DNA from: Acaryochloris marina MBIC11017
GTDB lineage: Bacteria > Cyanobacteriota > Cyanobacteriia > Thermosynechococcales > Thermosynechococcaceae
Direction of reading: 5' to 3'
Length of the DNA: 32,000 nt
Assembly (NCBI RefSeq): GCF_000018105.1
Contig: NC_009925.1
Span: 3,690,001 to 3,722,000, forward strand
A program made the translations under genes and the position numbers. Positions 16,851 to 22,870 of the stretch are shown here, in pieces (positions within the stretch are counted from its first letter, which is position 1; every line of letters begins with the position of its first letter). Under the pieces are notes generated by a model. That model saw nothing but the letters and a program-made list of their open reading frames with translations. It had not been told where the DNA came from and searched no databases.

Positions 16851-17670
16851 CTCGGCGTCTTATTTGGTTTTTACAGACTTAGATGGCACGCTTCTCAATC
16901 ATGATGATTACCGATATGATGATGCGTTGCCGATGCTGGCCTGGTTAAAAGATCATCAGATTCCAGTCATTGCCGTGACTAGTAAAACACGGGTCGAAGT
17001 GGAGGAGCTGCTGCAAGCCCTCTCGTTTGAGGAGCCCTTTGTGGTGGAGAATGGTAGCGGTGTCTTTATTCCCCACAATGATCAGCGCTTTGATCTCTCC
17101 CACACAGATATTGCCCAGCAGGAACAGCATCAGCGCTTGTCTTTGGGATGTACCTATGATCAGGCTAGAACCGGCCTCAAAACCCTGTCCCAGTGCCTGA
17201 GTCAGCCGCTCCAAGGTTTTGGGGATATGACGGTGGATGAGTTAATTGCTTTAACCGGCCTCAGCACAGATGATGCGCTTAAAGCCCAAACCCGCGAGTT
17301 TACGGAGCCCTTTGTTAATCCAGGACTAGACGCTAAAGCATTAGAACAGCATGTGGCTGAGATCGGGTTCCAGGTTTTGGTGGGCGATCGCTTCTGCCAT
17401 TTGATTGGAGTAGGGGCGGGCAAGGGTAAAGCGGTCGATCTTTTGGTGCAGTGCTATCAAGCGCCTCAGGGACCCGTTAAGACCGTAGGACTGGGAAATA
17501 GTCCTAATGATTTAGCCATGCTAGAAGTCGTCGATATTCCGATTGTGATTCCAGGCGCAAAAGGCCCCCATCCAGGATTAGCGGGTCGAGGGTGGCAGAT
17601 CGCACCCGCTACAGGTGCCAAGGGGTGGGCGATGGCAATGCAACAGGTGCGTGATCAGTTTTGGGGGTAG
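16843..17670 (+). CDS. gpgP: HAD-IIB phosphatase, mannosyl/glucosyl-3-phosphoglycerate phosphatase family
   Basis: HAD motifs VFTDLDGTLL, VTSKT and GNSPNDLAML, 275 aa. The start ATG overlaps the stop of the upstream gene (ATGACTAA, 16843-16850). Confidence 0.7.
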   Translation: MTNSASYLVFTDLDGTLLNHDDYRYDDALPMLAWLKDHQIPVIAVTSKTRVEVEELLQALSFEEPFVVENGSGVFIPHNDQRFDLSHTDIAQQEQHQRLSLGCTYDQARTGLKTLSQCLSQPLQGFGDMTVDELIALTGLSTDDALKAQTREFTEPFVNPGLDAKALEQHVAEIGFQVLVGDRFCHLIGVGAGKGKAVDLLVQCYQAPQGPVKTVGLGNSPNDLAMLEVVDIPIVIPGAKGPHPGLAGRGWQIAPATGAKGWAMAMQQVRDQFWG

Positions 17671-17814
17671 GGATTGCGGGCGTCTTTGAGAGACAGCCTT
17701 ACCAATTCTGAGAGCTGTTCATGGAGTTCTTATCGTTTCCTCAGATACGGGTTGGGATAGCCTCAGTCACGTTAGCGAAGCTAATGACTGTTAGTTCATT
17801 CCCTGAAAATCATC

Positions 17815-18540
17815 ATGAACGGATGCTCCTTGGCCCTGAAATCGAGTCTGAATCAGAAACACTATGGACCCGCCTCTCCCTGGTTCTGGATTGTAGCCGT
17901 AGTCGGGAGCCTTGGTGTTTTAGCGATGACCGATTACCTGCCTTCTCTGAGCTTGCAAGTATTCACTGTCGAGGGTTTTCAGAACCTTGTAAACCAGATA
18001 GGTCCTTGGGGACCCATCGCTTACATTGGATTGTTGATTATTTCGGTGGTGGCCAGTCAGATTCCGGGTGCACCGCTTGCGATCTCAGCTGGCGTATTGT
18101 GGGGACCCTTAACGGCAGGTGTGTATACCATCATCGGCGGATTTTTAGGAGCAGTCCTCGCTTATGGCTTAGGCAAGTACCTGGGACAATCCTTCTTGCA
18201 AACCCTAACAGGTAAGAGGATTACTATTTCCCCCGATTTAGCCACAAATCTGATGGGCTGGTTTATTTTTGTCAGCCGTTTACTCCCGGTGCTCTCCTTC
18301 GATTTAGTGAGCTATGGAGCCGGAATGGCTGGTTTGTCATTCCCCATTTATGCTGCGGCGACATTGGTGGGCATGATTCCATCCACGCTTCTCCTAACCT
18401 ATATGGGCGGTATCGTTGATCCATCTCAGATGCTTGGACTTACTGGCTTACTGTTGGTAAGCATCATTGGTCTCCCGATTGTCGTCGTTCGTCTGACGGG
18501 TGACCGCCTCACCACGCTAGTCAAAATTGAGTCCGCATAA
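17815..18540 (+). CDS. TVP38/TMEM64 (DedA-related, SNARE-associated) membrane protein
   Basis: 241 aa with ~5-6 TM segments. Motifs IPGAPLAISAGVLWG...GAVLAYGLGKYLG...RLLPVLSFDLVSYGAGM are typical of the family. Confidence 0.75.
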   Translation: MNGCSLALKSSLNQKHYGPASPWFWIVAVVGSLGVLAMTDYLPSLSLQVFTVEGFQNLVNQIGPWGPIAYIGLLIISVVASQIPGAPLAISAGVLWGPLTAGVYTIIGGFLGAVLAYGLGKYLGQSFLQTLTGKRITISPDLATNLMGWFIFVSRLLPVLSFDLVSYGAGMAGLSFPIYAAATLVGMIPSTLLLTYMGGIVDPSQMLGLTGLLLVSIIGLPIVVVRLTGDRLTTLVKIESA

Positions 18541-18563
18541 GGATATAACGTTTAGGCCTTATG
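18536..18563. terminator. 7-bp inverted repeat spanning both stop codons of a convergent gene pair (possible bidirectional terminator)
   Basis: CATAAGG (18536-18542) pairs with CCTTATG (18557-18563) around a 14-nt loop. It includes the TAA of the TVP38 gene and the TAA (complement) of lspA. There is no adjacent U-tract. Confidence 0.25.
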
Positions 18564-19056
18564 GCGTCGGTGTTTTGCGTGAGCCCTTACGACTACTTTG
18601 CCAAGTTGCAAATATCAGGCATGCTAGGCCCACATTGATTGAGATATCTGCAATGTTGAACACTGGAAATTGGATAAGGCGGAAATCTAAAAAGTCAATC
18701 ACTTCACCCAAAAAGATCCGATCAATCCCATTCCCTGCTGCCCCACCTAACAAAAACCCATAGCCTGCTTGTTCCCACTGGGGGAATCGAGGTCCAAATA
18801 AGCCCAGCCCAATGAGTCCCAGACAAACCAAAAACGATAACCAAGGTAAAAGCGGACTATCTTTGAACAAGCTAAAGGCTGCTCCATCATTGGTCACGTA
18901 AGTGAAATGAAACACGTTCTGAATTAGAGGCCAAGTGTCAGGTTGTGCAGGTGGTCTTCGTAGTTCGAAGTTCTGAGTGACCCAAAACTTAGTGAGCTGA
19001 TCGGCCCCCACACTCAGCAGGGCAGATCCCCAAAACAGCAATTTTTTCCAGCGCAT
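18559..19056 (-). CDS. lspA: lipoprotein signal peptidase (signal peptidase II)
   Basis: 165 aa, 4 TM. Conserved TNDGAAFSLF and VFNIADISINVG motifs carry the catalytic Asp residues. Confidence 0.85.
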   Translation of the reverse strand: MRWKKLLFWGSALLSVGADQLTKFWVTQNFELRRPPAQPDTWPLIQNVFHFTYVTNDGAAFSLFKDSPLLPWLSFLVCLGLIGLGLFGPRFPQWEQAGYGFLLGGAAGNGIDRIFLGEVIDFLDFRLIQFPVFNIADISINVGLACLIFATWQSSRKGSRKTPTP

Positions 19057-19059
19057 AGG

Positions 19060-19707
19060 TCAATAGAACAAGATTCGTCGAAGCAAAAATGCAATGAGAG
19101 CAGAGGCACACATGACAATCAACTGTCCAGGAAAGGGCAAAATCGAGAACTGCCAGATCGAGGCCCCCCAGCTTAGAGAAGATAACTGTAATAGGGATAA
19201 TCCCGTCAGATAAACAATGCCAAATAAGTGAATCGTTAGCAGTCCACACAGGCAACTCAGTAATAAAATCTCGATGCGACTCTTTTTGCTGCGGAAGGCT
19301 AAATATCCACAAACCCATGCACCAGGTAAAAAGCCGAGTAGATAGCCAAAAGTAGGCTCTTGTACGTAGCCTAGCCCACCCCCTTGGGAAAATACTTGGA
19401 CGCCACTTAGCCCCAAGACCAAATAGGCAATTTGGGAGAGTGCTCCTGCATTTTTACCTCCCAAGCACCCTACGAGTAAAACAGCTCCTATTTGTAAAGT
19501 TGCACCTAAGGAGTAGAGATCGATCTGATTCCAATCAATCGGCCATGTTGACGGGACAGGAACCGCAACCTCAATGAAAACCCCATTGATGGTTAACAAG
19601 AGTCCGATAATTGCCCATAGGAGTTCATCAAAAGTGGTCAGCACGGGGTTGGAACGCAATAGAGAGTGTTTGGACTCGTAGTTCAAAGAAGCAATGCGGT
19701 CATCCAT
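19060..19707 (-). CDS. bioY: biotin transporter BioY (ECF S-component type, solitary)
   Basis: 215 aa, 5-6 TM. Motifs GGKNAGALSQIAYLVLGLSG and PTFGYLLGFLPGAW are typical of BioY. Its stop is 3 nt before the lspA ATG. Confidence 0.8.
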   Translation of the reverse strand: MDDRIASLNYESKHSLLRSNPVLTTFDELLWAIIGLLLTINGVFIEVAVPVPSTWPIDWNQIDLYSLGATLQIGAVLLVGCLGGKNAGALSQIAYLVLGLSGVQVFSQGGGLGYVQEPTFGYLLGFLPGAWVCGYLAFRSKKSRIEILLLSCLCGLLTIHLFGIVYLTGLSLLQLSSLSWGASIWQFSILPFPGQLIVMCASALIAFLLRRILFY

Positions 19708-20289
19708 TAGGAATAGATTAGGAGAGGATTGGACAATCTAGTGCAACTTTTTGTCGCTCAGCAGTGATGCGTAAGAACGAAAACTACGCTGTTATTTGTA
19801 TTCTGAACCGACAGGAATTCAAAATAAGTGAGTCTCGTTAGCTCAATCTTCAAAAGCTGTGAAAATCACAATAGAGCTATTCTATATTGATTTATCAACC
19901 CTAAAATCCTGAAAATTCTTGGCTGAGATTGCTTTCCTCATAATAATGCTAGCGAGTAAGACCTGGCTCTGTTGCGTCGCTGTCCAATCTATATCTACCG
20001 ACTGTATTCATCTATAAGGTAGGTGCAACAGTGTCAAGTATTGGATGCTGTCAAACACATCTAGCACCTCTAGACTTAAACGATGGTTTGCCATATAGAA
20101 CTTTTATTGGATGAAAGACTTGCCAGTGTTAGGATGTAAGAAAACAATACTTCATAAGTAAGCCACTAAGTATATCTGCTCTGCAGTCAAATTAACATTA
20201 CTTAGCGGGCGAGGTCTGATAGTATTTTGTATTAAGTTTGATAATAAAGTTACGGTGGCACCGATAACAGAGGAGGAGATAGCTTAACA

Positions 20290-21348
20290 ATGCAAACTTA
20301 TGGAAATCAAAACGTTGAATACGGATGGTGGTCGGGAAACTCCCGGTTCACTGATTTTAGCGCGCAATTTTTAGCCGCTCATATCGGCCAAATTGCTTCA
20401 ATGACATTTTTTGCTGGATCGATCACTTTATTTGAACTCTCTCGATATAACCCTGATATTCCCTTATATGCTCAAGGATTTGTCTGTTTACCGCAGCTGT
20501 CAAGAGTTGGTTTTGGGGTTGGAGCAGGTGGAGCGGTTGTGGATACTTACCCCTTCTTCGCTGTTGGCATGATTCATTTATTCGCAGCAGCTGTATTTGG
20601 TTCGGGTGCAATTTTTCATATTTTAACGGGTCCTAAAGTTTTAGCAGACAGTGACTCTGCTGCCTCCCAAAGATTCCACTTTGAGTGGGACGATTTTGAA
20701 ACACAAGGTCGGATTTTGGGCCATCATTTATTATTCTTAGGCTCTGGTGCACTTCTATTTGTCGTCTGGGCTGCTACCCACGGAATTTATGATCCAAACG
20801 TTGGTGAAGTCCGAGCAGTATCTCCTGGCTTTGATATTGTTCGAATCTTTAAATATGGCTGGGCTACACCTGGTTTTAACCCCTTCTTTGTCGATAATCT
20901 AGAAGATGTGATGGGAGGGCACCTCTTTATTGCTCTGATCGATATTGCTGGCGGTATCTATCATATTCTTGTTAAGCCTTGGCCTTACACAGAAAGAATT
21001 TTCACAAAGTCTGGTGAAGCTCTTTTGGGTTATGCACTAGGTGGCCTAGGACTCATGGGTCTCGTAGCAGCCTATTTCTGCTCTGTTAACGACGTTGTTT
21101 TCCCTGTTGAGTTTTTTGGTCCGGTGCTTCAGCCTAACTTAGGTTTCTTACCTAACTTTGCAGATACCTTAGATGTTTCTGCCAGTGGTCATACTAGCCG
21201 TTTCTGGATTGCTAATTTCCACTATTTCTGGGGATTCTATTGCATCCAAGGTCACCTGTTCCATGCCTTGCGTGCCTCAGGTTTTGACTTCCGTGTGCTT
21301 ACCAAGTTCTTTACAACTGAAACCGTTGAGCTTGGCGCTGACATTTAA
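20290..21348 (+). CDS. chlorophyll-binding six-helix antenna protein of the CP43/IsiA/Pcb family
   Basis: MQTYGNQNVEYGWWSGNSRF N-terminus, ILGHHLLFLG, MGGHLFIALIDIAGGIYH and HTSRFWIANFHYFWGFYCIQGHLFHALRASGFDF. At 352 aa it lacks the large CP43 E-loop. GAGGAGGA Shine-Dalgarno ~12 nt upstream of the ATG. Confidence 0.85.
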   Translation: MQTYGNQNVEYGWWSGNSRFTDFSAQFLAAHIGQIASMTFFAGSITLFELSRYNPDIPLYAQGFVCLPQLSRVGFGVGAGGAVVDTYPFFAVGMIHLFAAAVFGSGAIFHILTGPKVLADSDSAASQRFHFEWDDFETQGRILGHHLLFLGSGALLFVVWAATHGIYDPNVGEVRAVSPGFDIVRIFKYGWATPGFNPFFVDNLEDVMGGHLFIALIDIAGGIYHILVKPWPYTERIFTKSGEALLGYALGGLGLMGLVAAYFCSVNDVVFPVEFFGPVLQPNLGFLPNFADTLDVSASGHTSRFWIANFHYFWGFYCIQGHLFHALRASGFDFRVLTKFFTTETVELGADI

Positions 21349-21357
21349 GTCAGACTA

Positions 21358-21425
21358 TATTTTCGCAAAAGTTTGAAAGCGCTTCTGCTGCAGTCGCGCT
21401 TTTAGACTTTTGTAAAACGAAAATA
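21358..21425 (+). terminator. extended imperfect hairpin containing an intrinsic-terminator core, between the two antenna genes
   Basis: Core stem AAAGCGC (21376-82) / GCGCTTT (21396-402), 13-nt loop, then T. The flanking arms 21358-21375 and 21403-21425 extend the pairing (about 25 bp in total, including G-U pairs, with a 5-nt bulge). Confidence 0.5.
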
Positions 21426-21621
21426 TGAAGGCAGTGAAACTTAAACTCAACTAAGTTCTATCTGCCTGGGTTATTTGAATTCGAAAGAGTTAATAAATCT
21501 CGCTCAACCTAGTCATGACTCTGCATGATTTTATGTTGATTGCTTCAAAATAAACGGTTTTATCGTTACACCAGCAGTTTTTGAATTTTTCAGTTAACCG
21601 ATACAAAAGAGGAAAACAGTT

Positions 21622-22683
21622 GTGACCGCATCTGTACGAGGAAGAAGAGGCGGCAAGGTAGCCGTCCAAACTGATTTACCGACATCCGTATTAAGCAACT
21701 TTGAGAACGAATGGTGGGCCGGCAACGTTCGGATGACCGACCTATCCGGTATGCTTCTGGGTGCTCACCTATGCCATGCCGCCTTAATGAGCGTCGTTCC
21801 AGGCGCGTTTATTGTTCAAGAAGTAGCCCGTTATCAGCCGGGAGTCTCCCTGCCAGATCAAGGGATGATCTTCATGCCCCACCTAGCCGCTCTTGGTGTT
21901 GGTGTAGGTGCTGGAGGTGAGATCGTCGACACCTACCCCTTCTTCGTAATTGGGGTTCTTCACTTTTTCATCGCAGCCGTATGTTGTGCAGCCGGTTTAT
22001 TCCACACTTTCCGTGGTGAAACTGACCTGAACGATGCTCCTGATGACAGTTATGCAGCCGCCTTCCGGTATGAGTGGGATGACTTTGAGAGCCTATCCAC
22101 CATTGTGGGTCACCACCTCGTCTTCATCAGCGTGGCCTGTTTGATCTTTGCCGTCAACGCCACCTATGGCACCGGCATGTATGACATCAACACAGACACC
22201 GTGCATCAAATCAGCCCTAACTTGAATCCAATTACCTTGATTGGTTACCTCTTTGGATTCACCCCTGACGGCTGGAGTGGTGCAGGTATGGCAGCCGTTA
22301 ACAACATGGAAGACGTGATTGGCGGTCACTTCCTCATTGGTGTGATTGACCTATTAGGCGCAGCATTCCATATTCTCTATCGCAAGCCTACCCCATTGTT
22401 TACCAAGCATCCCGTCTTTTCACCTGCCAACGGTGGCTGGTCCAACGTCGGTATGCTCAATAGCGAACTCATCCTATCTTGGAGTGTTGCTTCCGTAGGC
22501 TTCATGGGAATCAGCTCCTCCCTATTCATTCGCTACTGTGACGTCGCCTATCCTCCTGTATTCCATGGCGTAGATCGGACAGGTGCTGCAACCTTGCAGC
22601 TCATCCTGGGTCTAGTCTGGATGTTAGGCGGTGGTCTTTGGCATGGTCTTCGTGGAGAGAGACTCTACGCAGCCAATAAATAA
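21622..22683 (+). CDS. highly divergent CP43/IsiA/Pcb-family chlorophyll-binding protein
   Basis: NEWWAGNVRMTD, GAHLCHAAL, VDTYPFFVIGVLHFFIAAV...GLFH, IVGHHLVFIS and IGGHFLIGVIDLLGAAFH align with helices I-IV of the family. The C-terminal helix retains only LWHGLRG. GTG is the only canonical start between the upstream in-frame TAA and the WWAGN motif, with an AGAGGA Shine-Dalgarno 8 nt upstream. Confidence 0.75.
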   Translation: MTASVRGRRGGKVAVQTDLPTSVLSNFENEWWAGNVRMTDLSGMLLGAHLCHAALMSVVPGAFIVQEVARYQPGVSLPDQGMIFMPHLAALGVGVGAGGEIVDTYPFFVIGVLHFFIAAVCCAAGLFHTFRGETDLNDAPDDSYAAAFRYEWDDFESLSTIVGHHLVFISVACLIFAVNATYGTGMYDINTDTVHQISPNLNPITLIGYLFGFTPDGWSGAGMAAVNNMEDVIGGHFLIGVIDLLGAAFHILYRKPTPLFTKHPVFSPANGGWSNVGMLNSELILSWSVASVGFMGISSSLFIRYCDVAYPPVFHGVDRTGAATLQLILGLVWMLGGGLWHGLRGERLYAANK

Positions 22684-22736
22684 AGCCCCCTGACGCACTG
22701 GTCAAAGTACCAACAGACCATAAGGTCAGTCATCAA

Positions 22737-22766
22737 GGGCAAGCAGGATATCCTGCTTGCCCTTTT
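22737..22766 (+). terminator. rho-independent terminator of the second antenna gene
   Basis: Perfect 26-nt palindrome GGGCAAGCAGGATATCCTGCTTGCCC (11-bp GC-rich stem, 4-nt loop) followed by TTTT. It lies 54 nt after the stop codon. Confidence 0.8.
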
Positions 22767-22870
22767 GCATGAAGAGGCTTTATAGAAAGGAAAAAACCGT
22801 GCAGAAGTGGCAACAAAGCCCCATAAAATAGAACTCGATAGAAAATAACGATATAGGTCATCTTTATCCC

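Noticed and set aside
17721-18215. 164-aa ORF upstream of and overlapping the TVP38 gene in another frame
   Set aside because: It overlaps 400 nt of a CDS with strong family motifs. The product has no TM or domain features, and the frame of the TVP38 protein explains the region.
19768-20095. Short ORFs (16-24 codons) in the 582-nt AT-rich spacer
   Set aside because: They have no Shine-Dalgarno sequences, and such ORFs are expected by chance in AT-rich DNA. Nothing supports coding.
20136-20150. NtcA-like site GTA-N9-TAC upstream of the first antenna gene (and GTA-N11-TAC near 19772)
   Set aside because: The spacing is wrong for the GTA-N8-TAC consensus, and there is no correctly spaced -10 element.
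20239-20268. Fur box upstream of the first antenna gene
   Set aside because: Only isolated GATAAT / GATAAC hexamers 17 nt apart are present. There is no 19-bp inverted-repeat Fur consensus, so it is too weak to call.
21404-21421. RpaB/HLR1-like half site (TTTACAAA on the minus strand) between the antenna genes
   Set aside because: The required second direct repeat 10 nt away matches poorly (TCTAAAAG). The sequence is better explained as one arm of the long hairpin.
21711-22329. ORFs 21711-21920+ (Arg/Ser-rich) and 22093-22329- inside the second antenna gene
   Set aside because: They are off-frame or antisense to a CDS whose helices I-IV carry conserved chlorophyll-ligand motifs.
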